A stretch of DNA of 64,000 bases from Octopus vulgaris (GCA_951406725.2 OX597818.1:17608001-17672000); one strand, 5' to 3'; shown: positions 27,452-39,205, counted from the stretch's first letter. Numbers and translations: made by a program. Notes: generated by a model not told the origin, from the sequence alone.

Positions 27452-27594
27452 TTTTGTAAATGACAGAATCTTTGATTAACTTCTGGAGTGAGAACAATCT
27501 GCATAGACTTTGTTAATTGAAAACCAAAAAAGTTTAGCATCATTCTGAAACTGCGAAGGTATCTTTTTTGGATATTAATGTTATTTTGCATCAT
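27452..27594 (-). CDS. OGFr-domain gene exon
   Basis: Acceptor ttttccag, donor gtatgt. MMQNNINIQKRYLRSFRMMLNFFGFQLTKSMQIVLTPEVNQRFCHLQ(K) matches IQ.R..R....ML.F.G..L...RF..L. Confidence 0.92.
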
Positions 27595-28070
27595 CTGGAA
27601 AAAACAAAAAAAAATGAATTTATAAATAAATAAAGTAATGGCTAGAAAATGTCAGTGATATTAGAGCAATATTTGTGTGTTAATGTGGCTTTGGACGATG
27701 AAAATAAGTGAAGTGGAGTAAATCTGTGTGTGACATCTGTTGGGTGATTTACTGATCAGGTTTTATACATTAAAGGCTTCTGTCGTTGGACTGCAATCAT
27801 GCCAGAGCACCACCCGCAATAGTTTTATTTAATTATATCAACCTTAGTACTTATTTCAGTCTGGTACTTATTTTATTAATCACAATATGAGACAATGTAG
27901 ACAACAATGTTAATTTCTATTAAGCTTGTTGTAAACGGACATGGACACAAAAAAACACACACATATATACACAAAAACATACATACATATGTATATATAT
28001 ATGACCTCGTGTGTACCGTTGGCGATTTTTTTCCTCTGTCTTCCCTTCTCTGGATCTTTCCTTCTCCTAT

Positions 28071-28105
28071 GTTTCCAACGAAGAGCTCCGCTCGAAACGT
28101 TAAAC
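28071..28105 (+). ncRNA. Decayed minimal hammerhead motif
   Basis: guuu-CCAACGA-A-GAGC-ucc-GCUC-GAAA-CGUU-aaac: stems I and II pair but the first core box is degenerate. It lies in a ~200-bp insert flanked by TA repeats. Confidence 0.6.
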
Positions 28106-30670
28106 CCTCCTTCTTTCCTGAGCATCCAGTAATACTATATTTGTTCCATGTCCTCGCGTTGTTGTGTTTTTTTGTGCTTTCTTGTTTGGATTAACTATAT
28201 ATATATATATACACACACACATATCTTTTATCTTTTTTGTTCTATGTGTTTCAGTATTAGACTACAGCCATACTGGAGCATGCCTTCAAGAATTTTATTC
28301 AAATGATCAGACCCCAGTACTTATCTTTTTCATCTGGTACTTATTCTATTAGTCTCTTTTGCTGAACCACAAAGTTACCAGGATATAATCACACTAACAC
28401 TGGTTGTCACCAACAATGGTGAGGGACAAACACAGATATACAAAAAAACATGTGTGCACACACACACACACACACACTCACACATGCACACACACATACA
28501 TACACACATACACACACATATACATATATCTACAACAGGCTTCTTTGAGTTCCCATCTACCAAGTCCACTCACAAGGCTTTGGTTGAACCAAGGCTATAG
28601 TAGAAGACACCTGTCCAAGGTGTCACACAGTGGGACTGAACTTAGAACCATGCAGTTGGGAAGCAAATTCCTTACCACATAGCTACACCTGCACTTATAC
28701 ACAACAACGTGTGTAAATTGATTACTATTGGATAGTTCCAATTAAATAAGTCCAGAAGTTAGGTTAAATATACATACATGCATAAATACCATGAATTCCC
28801 ATTCTACAAACTGGCTAACAATTTCGTGAATACTTTACCAGGCAACACTGGGTAGTAAGTCTCGTTTTATATAAAAATAATGGTTTAGCAAACAACAACA
28901 CATACCTAGTTTTTTCAACCAAATCCCACTCACAAAATAATGACCAGTCTGAGACCATAGTGACTCACTTCTGACTGAACCTAGAGCTACATAGTACTTA
29001 ACTACACAGCCATTCCTGAACCCATTAAGTTTGTGATATAAGGAAAAAAAGAGGTTCACATATATCTATGTGTGTGTGTGTCTTTGTGTCTGTGTTTGTT
29101 CCTCACCACCATCATCACCACCTGTCAACCGGTGCTGGTGTGTTTAGATCCTCGTAACTTAGCAACGCAGCAAAAGAGAACAATAGAATAAGAACTGCAC
29201 ACTTTTATTCATTTCCACATCTAAGCTACTCAACTCTCATCATTTTTATTGCATCAGAATATACATAAACATGTATAATGTGTGTGTGTAGAGAGAGAGA
29301 GAGAAGAGAGAGAAATATATATTTATATCTATAGACATGTATATGTGTAGATATACATATCTACAGATACACATACAAACACATACATGTACGCACACAC
29401 CCATTTTAGTTTTAGTCTTATTTCATCCCTCTCTTCATGGAGCAATGTGCAAGGAGAGATCGCCATTTAGTGCAGTTCCATGCCATATCATGAACTTGCT
29501 CTTATACCAGGCCATTATCTGCCTGATCCTCCTCAATTAGGTATTACAGGTCTGTTTTACCTCCTGTAATCCTTCCCTAGCTCCCAATTGAGAGAAGATT
29601 TCACTGGTTTCTTCACAGACAGGTATAGCATATGGCTAAGCTTCATGCACTGTCTCACAGTGATAGTATTCTACAAGTTACTCAGCCCCGCCTTTCCATC
29701 ACTTCATTTGTGATGTGGTCACACCAACAAATATTCAGTGTGCCTCTCAGGCAACATCTACACAAAACATCTGCAGTTGCATAGATTCTGCTAGTCTCAG
29801 CAACAGCAGCTCAAAGCTTAGTCTTCAAATCAACAATAAAATAATGAAAGTGATGGTTATTGGTGAGTAACAGCAGCGATAAATCAGCTGAAAAGGTAGA
29901 TACTGGAGATCATTGGTTCAAACCAAGGTAATAGCAATGTGTGAAGGTGCATAGCTTAGTGATTAGGGTATTTGGTTCATGATTGCAAGATCACAAGTTC
30001 GATTCCCTGTGGTGCGTTGTGTCCACGAGCAAGACACTTTATTTCACTCAGCTGGCAAAAATGAGTGGTACTTGTAGTGCAAAGGATCAGCCATCTCACT
30101 CTGTGTCACACTGAATCTCAGAGAATTACATTAAGGGTACGCGTGTCTGTGGAGTGCTCAGCCACATGCATGTTAATTTCGCGAGCAGGCAGTTCCATTG
30201 ATTGGATCAACTGGAACCCTTGTCATCATAAGCAATGGAGTGCCAATAACTATGAAAGGAATGAATTCTACTTCTTACAGAACTAAAACGAATGGGCCAA
30301 TTAAATCGGCGCATATAGAAAGGAAAGATCCCCAGACTACTTAACACATGTAGAACTGCATTTGGTGATTGATGGCAACTATCATCACTTATTCAGAGGA
30401 GTTAACAGAAGTCAGAAGAATGCATGCAATGAACCCAAAAAATATTTTCCTTGCCTTAAGAGAAACACCATGGCTGTTGTGGGGGTGGCAGCGACGGTGC
30501 TGTTGATTACTTAATCTGTATATGTAAAAGACCTTTAAAACGTGACCAGCTCATTTTCTCATATATCAGAAACTAAGCTGCATTGTCCATTATACCCAGC
30601 ATTATTTAAACCAGTAGAGTTTTATTTGAGCTAACTTTATTACATGAAAAATGTTAATTTCCTTACTTAC

Positions 30671-30740
30671 ACGAGATTCATAACAAGTGAGTGGTGAAGA
30701 ATATTTGTGAGGTGTTGCATCTTCTGGAGTTGGAAATAAC
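30671..30740 (-). CDS. OGFr-domain gene exon
   Basis: Acceptor ctattgcag, donor gtaagt. (W)LFPTPEDATPHKYSSPLTCYESR matches WLFP..E......PLT..E. Confidence 0.92.
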
Positions 30741-31781
30741 CTGCAATAGTAACAACACAAAAGAATTGTGGCTGTGTCAGAAGCATTGTTCTTTGTTGCA
30801 ATACTTTCTGAACAAAGTTCTGATCACTTTAGAAATAGAATACAGCACATCGTATTCTCTAATTTCAAGAATGCTAAAACTCTAGAGATGTTTATGTGTA
30901 CCTGAAATATCTCAGAATAGTATATCTCAATAATGCTAAAACTCTAGAGATGTTTGTGTGTACCCGAAATATCTCAGAAATAGTATATTTTATCTTAATT
31001 TATTTTCATACTTACCTTCAGCAGAGCAGTACAAATTTTTGTGATTTTTGGACCTCTATTTAAATGATTAAACACAATTTTTGTTTATTATTTCTTGACG
31101 AAAAATAAAGCGTGGCTTCCATGATGTCAACCACATACACACATACAGAATATACACACGTATAATCAATGTCATGCCGTGTCAATCAACACAAACACAC
31201 GTCCGCTATCTGTGACATATACACACACATAGTCTTCAACTCTCTAAGAAAAAACGGCGACTTTTTGACGTACACAATATTTTAATCATTTAGAAATATT
31301 TTTAACTGAATGTGATTTCATTATCCGGAGTTCGTTAATTTTCGTAATTTTTTATTTATTTATTTACTTTTGTTTAAAGTGAAAGAGAGGAGAAGGTGAA
31401 AGATGTATGTGCGTGTATATGAAATGGACGTGTGTGTGTGTGTGTGAAAGAGAGAGAGAGAGTAGGAGAGAGAAAAAGAGAGAGAGTGAGTGAAGGGGTG
31501 TGTTCTCATGTATACGTACATATATCATTACATACTCGTACATCTTTTTTGTATGTACGTGTGCATGTGTGCGTGTGTGAGAGACAGAGAGTGAGTGAAC
31601 GTGTGTGTTCTCATATGTGTAAGTGGTACACTCTCTCCCCGCTCTCTCTCTCTCCCTCTCTCATACATACGTTCATTTCATATACACGTTCATACATCTT
31701 TCACTTTCTCTCTTTCACTTTAAAACAAAAGTAACAGGTGACTTTCAAGATAAAAATTGTTTAAAAAAAGGCTTCTACTGA

Positions 31782-31963
31782 TGTAAATTGATTACTATTG
31801 CTTGGATAGTTCCAATTAAATAAGTCCAGAAGTTAGGTTAAATATATATATATGCATAAGTACCATTCTACAAACTGGCAAACAATTCCGTGAATACTTT
31901 ACCGGGCAACACTGGGTAGTAAGTCTAGTTTTATATAAAAATAATGGTTTAGCAAACAATAAC
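31782..31963 (+). repeat. ~180-bp direct repeat (other copy 28712-28899) containing a Helitron-like 3' end
   Basis: High identity between copies; accgggcaacactgggt hairpin followed by CTAG|T at 31925-31929. Confidence 0.7.
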
Positions 31964-32094
31964 TGATAGTTCTATAAAGATTCTATTGACTGACTACAGG
32001 TGCAGCCTACACCTCCATGTCTATTATACCAGCTCCAGAACTCCACTGGTAGCTGACACGTATTAGGCATATTAGGGAATGTACTGTAGATATA

Positions 32095-33382
32095 CAGGGG
32101 TTGGACAAAATAATGGAAACACCTTAAAATTTCAAACAAATTAATTTTAATATGAGGTAGGACTGCCTTTGGCAGTAGTTACAGCTTGAATTCTACGAGG
32201 TATGGACTCATACAAAGTTTGAATTGTTTCCAAAGGAATTTTTGTCCATTCTTCAGCTAGAACAGTCTCCAGTTCTTGTAGTGATGATGGTGGAGGCTAT
32301 CGACTCTTTATTTGTTTTTCTAAAATGCACCATAAATGTTCAATGATATTGAGATCTGGGGGCTGTAGTGGCCAGATAAGATGTTCAACTTCACAAAAAT
32401 GTTCCTCGTGCCATTTAGTAACCACTTTATCTGTGTGAATTGGTGCATTATCATCCTGAAAGATTGCGTTTCCCTCCGGAAACAGTTCCACAACCATAGG
32501 ATGAATTTGATCAGATAAATGCTTAAACAGTCTTCACTATTAATTCTGCCATGAAGCGAAACCATTGGGCCGGCGAATATCCAAGATACAGCCCCCCCCC
32601 CAAAAAAAAATCATCACAGATCCTCCACCATGTTTAACAGTTGGAAGTAGGCAGCCTGGGTCAAATGCTTCTTTTGGCTGTCTCCACACGTATACTCGGC
32701 CGATGGTCGGAAATAAGGTAAAGGATGACTCGTCCGAGAAGATAAGATTCTTCTACTGCTCTAGGGACCAATTCTATAGGTTTTTTACTCCACTCTAAAC
32801 GCTTTGCAACGTTTGTTTTTGAAAGCAGCGGTCTTCTGATTGCAGCCCTCCCGTGAAATCCGACTTTGTGCAGCTCGCGGCGAACAGCTTTTGTGGAAAC
32901 TGGGTTCTCGAGGTGGTTATTAAGCTCTGAAGTAATTTTGGGAGCAGTACGCTTGTGATCCTTTCTAACAATTCGCGTAAGAGTCCGACGGTCCTTATCT
33001 GAAAGTTTTGGTTTTCTGTCGTTGTTTTGTTTCGACGAGGAGGTTTTCCCTCTTTCTCAAAAGCTGTCATTACTTTCGAGACAGTACTTCTTGATACACC
33101 AAACATTTCGGCTGCTTTCGTTACGCAAGAGCCTGCCATCCGAGCACCAACAGTTTGATCTCTTTGAAAGTTCGATAGATCTGTCATTTTAAGGAATTTT
33201 AATTACCTTTTTCTGATGGTATTTGAAAAGAAACAGCAATTTTAGCAAAACATATTAAGCAACATTAATAATAAACTTTAAAAAAAAAAACATAAAAATA
33301 AACAAGCTTTTGACGGTTTTATAGATATTTCAAAATTATGATGCTATGATCTAGATGTTTCCATTATTTTGTCCAACCCCCG
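32095..33382 (-). mobile_element. Full-length but frameshifted Tc1-like transposon
   Basis: ~27-bp TIRs CAGGGGTTGGACAAAATAATGGAAACA with TA target duplication; HTH region (ORF 32795-33187), FSDES, QDDNAPIH and WP.Q.PDLN.IEHLW. Confidence 0.93.
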
Positions 33383-34159
33383 TATAAGACAGTTGTTGGT
33401 ACGAAGGCGGTGAGTGCGCAGAACCATTAGCACATTGAGCAAAATGCTTTGCGGCATTTCGTCCATCTTTACGTTCTGAGTTCAAATTCCACCGGAGTCA
33501 AATGACTGAAACAAGTAAAAGAGTAAAAGAGAGTTTTCAAAATGAGGCAAAATTCACAGTAAGATGGAAAATATTGTTTATTTTTGTATGCTTCAATTTT
33601 ATTTATATTTGAAAAGTTTTCTCCGTTTTTTTCTTTAATTGCAAAGTCTTCGATGTTATCGTTAAAATTAATCTTACGTAAATTCTCTGCTTCTATACTT
33701 AGTAGAGATAAGGCATTACGAATATTATTTTAACAAGTTCAAAGTGATTTTTTTTTTTTCATGTCGTAAACCATTTTCATTACTGTGGTGTCCCCATCCC
33801 TTGACAACCCAAGCACGTGCTTATTTTGCTTAATTGGTTAATACACCGGTTGCAGAGCACTGACATATTTAACCCTTTTGTTACCAACCCGGCTGAAACC
33901 GGCTCTGGCTCTGTAGTACAAATGTCTTGTTTTCATAAGTTTTGAATTTAAGTCTTCCACTAAACCTTAGTCACAATTTATGTTCCTAACACTAGCTTAA
34001 TGATAACCAAGTTATTTTACTAAATTCTTTGTTATATCCAAAATAATTTAGAGAAACACAGAACATCTCAAAATAAATACAGTAACGAAAGGGAACACGT
34101 ACGCACTAATCAGCATTTTCCTGATATGAAATACAATCATAATGTAATCAAGCTCTTAC

Positions 34160-34238
34160 CATTCAACATAACCTGCTTTCTTCTCCAGACACTCATAATT
34201 CTGAGACCATTTACGTAGAATATTTTCAATGAAATCAC
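34160..34238 (-). CDS. OGFr-domain gene exon
   Basis: Acceptor tttttag, donor gtaaga. (G)DFIENILRKWSQNYECLEKKAGYVE(W) matches OGFR GCFIEDILQNWTDNYDLLEDNHSYIQW. Confidence 0.92.
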
Positions 34239-35116
34239 CTAAAAAATAAAAAAAAGTAAATATATAAAGTTGATGGAATGCCCAAAATTTGAGTGTATAT
34301 TCTTGCACTCGAAATCATATTCTTCTATGATTTACTCTTTTACTCTCTTTTTTAATCTTTTGCTTGTTTCAGTCATTTGACTGCGGCCATGCTGGAACAC
34401 CACCTTTTAGTCGAGCAAATCGACCCCAGGACTTATTCTTTGTAAGGCTAGTACTTATTCTATCGGTCTGTTTTGTCGAGTCGCTAAGTTACGGGGACGT
34501 AAACACTCCAGCCTCGGTTGTCAAGCGATGTTGGAGGGACAAACACAGACACACAGACATATACACACGCACACATACATATATAATTGTTATGCGTGTT
34601 GTTTGTTGTATTGGGAAAGACAACCAGTTGAAAACCATTGTTATTATTTAATGTGTTTATTGACGTTGCTTGATTACACGGACGACGTTAGCGTAGTGAT
34701 ACATTGTTTACTTAACACACAGTTTGTATTGTTCACTAACAAATAGTGCCAAGAGTAGGGAGTAGTTTGGCAAACGCAAACACACAGATATGAATGTGTA
34801 ACAATAATATATACGACGGGCTTCTTTCAGTTTCCGCCTACCAAATCCACTCACAAGGCTTTGGTCGGCCCGAGGCTATAGTAGAAGACATTTACCCAAG
34901 CTGCCACGCAGTGGGACTGAACCCGGAACCATGTGTTTGGTAAGCAAGCTACTTACCACACAGCCACTTCTGCGCCTATTTCTTAGTAATATCAATTTAT
35001 ACCGGAAACTATATGTAATGAATATAATAAAATTTTTTAGCTTATATTTATTTTGTAAACAAATAATACAATATTACATAGACACTTTATAAGCATTTCA
35101 TAATGTTTTTCTGTTT

Positions 35117-35338
35117 TCTTATTTCTTTATTGCCCACAAGGGGCTAAACACAGAGAGGGCAGACAAACGGATTAAGTCGATTACATTGACCCCAGTGCGT
35201 AGCTGGTGCTTAATTTACCGACCTCGAAAAGCTGAAAGGCAAAGTCGACCTCGGCGGAATTTGAACTCAGAACGTAACGGCAGACGAAATACGGCTACGC
35301 ATTTCGCCCGGCGTGCTAACGTTTCTGCCAGCTCGCCG
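35117..35338 (-). mobile_element. SINE family B (representative copy)
   Basis: ggcgagctggcagaaacgttagcacgccgg...gagttcaaattccgccgaggtcgactttgcctttc. Other copies near 6170, 18295, 24058, 33406, 41310, 45740, 60333-60740. Confidence 0.85.
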
Positions 35339-35699
35339 TTTTCTTTTCTGGAAACTCGCCGTGAGCTAGCAGCTGAGGGCTCGCGGACCGACACCGGTCC
35401 GCGGACCACCACTCTGAGTAGTACTGTCCTAGAAGACATCTAGAAAAGAGCCACCCGATTGATCTAGTCCGTCAAAAGCATACTCTAGCTTCTTGTTCAC
35501 AGGTACATGTGGTTCCTTTCTCTCTCTCCCCATCTCTCTCCCTCTCACTCTCTCTTCTCTCTCCATCTACCTTTTCTACTGTGACTACAATGGAATCTGC
35601 TAATCGGAGCTGGTTAGACTCATGACGTCTCCACTCAGAAATACCTGATTCTCTCGAAAAATCATCTTTGTTGTGTTCACTCCGCGTCACACCTTCGGG

Positions 35700-35751
<52 letters not shown>

Positions 35752-36051
35752 CCGTGTGTGTGGTTTAGTGTTTCTGTCTGTTTATTGGTTAGCTGTTCAT
35801 ATTTATTGAATGGGTTGTTTTCTGGCTTCTTCATTGATTGTTTGTGCTATTTTGTGATATGGTGTTGCGACTGTAGATAGGATGATGTGATATTATTTTG
35901 TTTAGAATTTGTGGATGAGTTCGTGCTGGCGTATTCTTTTTTTCAATTTCTCTTCTTGTGATTGTGCGCGCGCACGTGTAAGATTTTAGATAAATACTTT
36001 TAAGAAAGTTTGTTTATTGAGTTATTTGAAGCAAAATAATTAAGGGCATAT

Positions 36052-36095
<44 letters not shown>

Positions 36096-36122
36096 CAAAA
36101 TAAGCAACAAGAATGACTCCGG

Positions 36123-36215
36123 TAATTTGGTACGATCGTTTCGTACTACATCATTTTATTAAATGTTGTAAGTATTACAACAGTTTTAAAATGCTGAGCA
36201 CTCATCAGCCAATTA
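36123..36215 (-). ncRNA. Minimal type-I hammerhead ribozyme (PLE type), apparently intact
   Basis: The - strand reads taattgg-CUGAUGA-gugcu...(long stem II)...aguac-GAAA-C-GAUC-GUA-ccaaauua: both core boxes, paired stems I and II, palindromic loop III and a GUA cleavage triplet. Confidence 0.85.
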
Positions 36216-36873
36216 TAGAGGTTTTCCATTAATACAAAAATTTTCAAATCAAGTGGCAACATTATAGAGAAGGTAGATATATAGACAAAGATGTGGATTT
36301 AAATTTTGAGAACATTTGAGGTAGTGGAGCCCATCAACTGACTGACTAAGATTCAGTTGTTCCAGACTACTGTAAGGTTCTGAGAGTGAAGAACAAATGA
36401 AAGGAGACAATAAAGATTTTCTAATTATAGAAATGGGATAAACCCTATGCACATCATCACAACTGTTGTGATGATGTGCATAGGGTTTGTAAGGTCTCTG
36501 CATTCTCTGTGAATGTTATTGTGACCTCTTGACATTGACCTAGTTCTCCTAACGCTGAATCTGTTCATCAAATAGTAGTAATTGACATCTAGTTGTGACA
36601 ATGTTGTTTTCTACATAAATTCCTTATATGGAGCTCTGACATCTCCTTTACCCCATTTCTATAATTAGAAAATCTTTATTGTCTCCTTTCATTTGTTCTT
36701 CACTCTCAGAACCTTACAGTAGTCTGGAACAACTGAATCTTAGTCAGTCAGTTGATGGGCTCCACTACCTCAAATGTTCTCAAAATTTAAATCCACATCT
36801 TTGTCTATATATCTACCTTCTCTATAATGTTGCCACTTGATTTGAAAATTTTTGTATTAATGGAAAACCTCTA

Positions 36874-36966
36874 TAATTGGCTGATGAGTGCTCAGCATTT
36901 TAAAACTGTTGTAATACTTACAACATTTAATAAAATGATGTAGTACGAAACGACCGTACAAAATTA
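36874..36966 (+). ncRNA. Hammerhead ribozyme motif, second arm copy
   Basis: CUGAUGA (36881-36887), GAAA (36947-36950) and GUA are intact, but loop III is GACC and stem I has a mismatch next to the core. Confidence 0.7.
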
Positions 36967-37092
36967 CCGGAGTCATTCTTGTTGCTTATTTTGATTATAA
37001 TCACCCCACAGATTTTTATGGATAACACCATACAGAATTCTGGTGCATCTAAATTAAGTACCATATTCATTTGAATCTAAATTTTTGCTGAA

Positions 37093-37135
<43 letters not shown>

Positions 37136-37525
37136 TGTGTGTGTGTGTGTGTGTGTGTGAACTAAGAGAAATTATTTGATAACTCAGTGTGGCCATGGCT
37201 TTAGACAACAAAGACGGATAAAAGACTGAGAACCCTACAAGATACGTTATTTATTTGTTGAAATTATCTTCGCTTCAGAACATAAAACGAATGCCTTGTG
37301 ATAGTTGCAACTAACTCCGAAAGAGGAAGTGATATAATCCCAGGAATCAAGTATTTTTCGAAACTGACCTACCATAAAGGAAAAGACAGTTTTTTTTTAT
37401 GGTCTTGTGTAATTCGTATAATAGAAATAAAAATCAGCTACGAGAAATAATTCAGTGTGGTTAGTAACTCCGTATAATTTTTGTTAGTGCAAACCACCAC
37501 CAGTTTCCTCTGACTCTGTGTTTAC

Positions 37526-37643
37526 CGTTGGGTTCAGACTTGATTCTATTTTGGTAAAAATCCAGATTCGGATGTGATACTTTGTTGAGAGCGTATAATA
37601 ATTTATTGTCCTCTAGATTTGTCCCGCAATGCATTATCAGAGG
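37526..37643 (-). CDS. OGFr-domain gene exon
   Basis: Pyrimidine-rich acceptor tctcacag, donor gtaaac. PLIMHCGTNLEDNKLLYALNKVSHPNLDFYQNRIKSEPN(G) matches OGFR PNLSFYRNEIRFLPNG. Confidence 0.9.
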
Positions 37644-38807
37644 CTGTGAGACAGAGAGAAAGAGATAGAAAAATGTGACATAAATAAATAAAGCATAACT
37701 GGCTTGATAACAATATTTTTTGGATTTTAAATAAGAAGTACAATTTGAGAGAATGTTAACATATGTGGCAATGGATATTTGCCAGACAGTAAACTTTTAT
37801 TTGAAGAGATGAGTGACAGGTTCCTTCAGCAGGCAAGCAGCCTATTAAAAAGGTTCTCATTCCAGGATTTGGTCAATGCAAGATCCATCTGTTTGCAGAA
37901 TAGAATGTTGTATTGATAGCCATTATGTTTAAGAGACATAAGACTTGTCAATCCGCCTCATGGTCCCAGTGGGCAAAATGGAAAAGGCTTTAGTCCCGGA
38001 AGATGGTGAGAGAGACGCGCTGGAACAGCCACTCTGACTCACGGGGCTCGACTTGAGGAAAGTCATCTCTTCCCTGATAACAGTATACAGGTATGTAGTC
38101 TGAGAGCCAAGAACGTCGGAGGTCTCCTTTCTGATGGAAAGAAAACCTTTGTTTTGCCTAATATTCGATATTATTTTTTTGCCCCTTATGTTAAGGAATA
38201 TCCTTTGACGTTACACCTCTAACCAGGAGGTCTTGCAACAAGTAAACAATGCCGAATGTTGAGTCTCCCCCACTGAAATTACAGTTGTACTGGGTGGAAC
38301 ATGTGATACCTACGGGAGACAATAAAACCTCCACGACTATACAACCAGCTAGAATTTGGAAGCTATCGAAGAAAGAATGCGAAACTCCGTTATAAGGATG
38401 TCATCAAAAGCTGAAATAGGTGGCCCGATAACGAAATCTTTTTTGCCACGAGAGTTCTGGACGGCAGTAATGAACTCATTTGCATACAGTCAATCAGAGC
38501 TTACCTTGAAAATCCACATACTGCTACAGTACAGCCAGTCAGGAATAGAATGGTGTACACTACTCTGTGAGTACAGCATAGCAAGTCTCACATAAACACC
38601 ACATTCCCCTCTACACAATCCTCGTAGATCAATTGAGCACCATCTCTATATGGAGCTAACATTAGGTGCCTATGCTCAGACTGAGATTAGCAATACTGCA
38701 TGTACCCATTAATATATGCAAGGAGAGCGCAATACCACACAACGCCAAATTGATTACGATGTTTCCAGACCAACATCAACATTTTAAATTAGGAAACTAT
38801 CCTCATA

Positions 38808-39205
38808 GGCGCAGGAGTGGCTGTGTGGTAAGTAGCTTGCTAACCAACTACATGGTTCCGGGTTCAGTCCCACTGCGTGGCATCTTGGGCAAGTGTCTTC
38901 TGCTATAGCCCCGGGCCGACCAATGTCTTGTGAGTGAATTTGGTAGACGGAAACTGAAAGAAGCCTGTCGTATATATGTATATATGTGTGTATGTGTGTG
39001 TGTTTGTGTGTCTATGTTTGTCCCTCTAGCATTGCTTGACAACCGATGCTGGTGTGTTTACGTCCCCGTCACTTAGCGGTTCGGCAAAAGAGACCGATAG
39101 AATAAGTACTGGTCTTACAAAGAATAAGTCCCGGGGTCGAATTGCTCGATTAAAGGCAGTGCTCCAGCATGGCCGCAGTCAAATGACTGAAACAAGTAAA
39201 AGAGA
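38808..39205 (+). mobile_element. tRNA-derived SINE family A (representative copy)
   Basis: Head ggcgcaggagtggctgtgtggtaag...ggttcagtccc, central (TG)n, tail cagtcaaatgactgaaacaagtaaaag. Other full or partial copies near 2000-2410, 9365, 12763-13168, 13570, 14085, 19320, 20798, 23855, 28240-28695, 34330-34977, 53306-53715, 58910. Confidence 0.85.

Larger units (their letters stand above)
36090..37094 (+). mobile_element. Fold-back Penelope-like insertion carrying hammerhead motifs
   Basis: Near-perfect inverted arms ~36090-36442 and ~36647-36999, a ~200-bp loop and a ~95-bp unpaired tail, with (TA)n on both sides. Each arm carries a hammerhead core. Confidence 0.8.

Noticed and set aside
27465-27558. 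Apparent + strand exon (cag...AAG|GTATC)
   Set aside because: Stops in all three frames; the region is explained by the - strand OGFr-domain exon.
30860-30988. Small tandem duplications (~63 bp here; ~30 bp at 50153-50212)
   Set aside because: Ordinary local slippage duplications with no further structure.
31010-31100. Strong - strand donor AAG|GTAAGT near 31017
   Set aside because: Not needed for the in-frame gene model and no clear acceptor or coding signal upstream.
35345-35985. CpG-containing stretch with a TGACGTC motif suggesting a promoter or first exon
   Set aside because: Partly a MITE end and (TG)n repeat; no linked downstream coding exons found.
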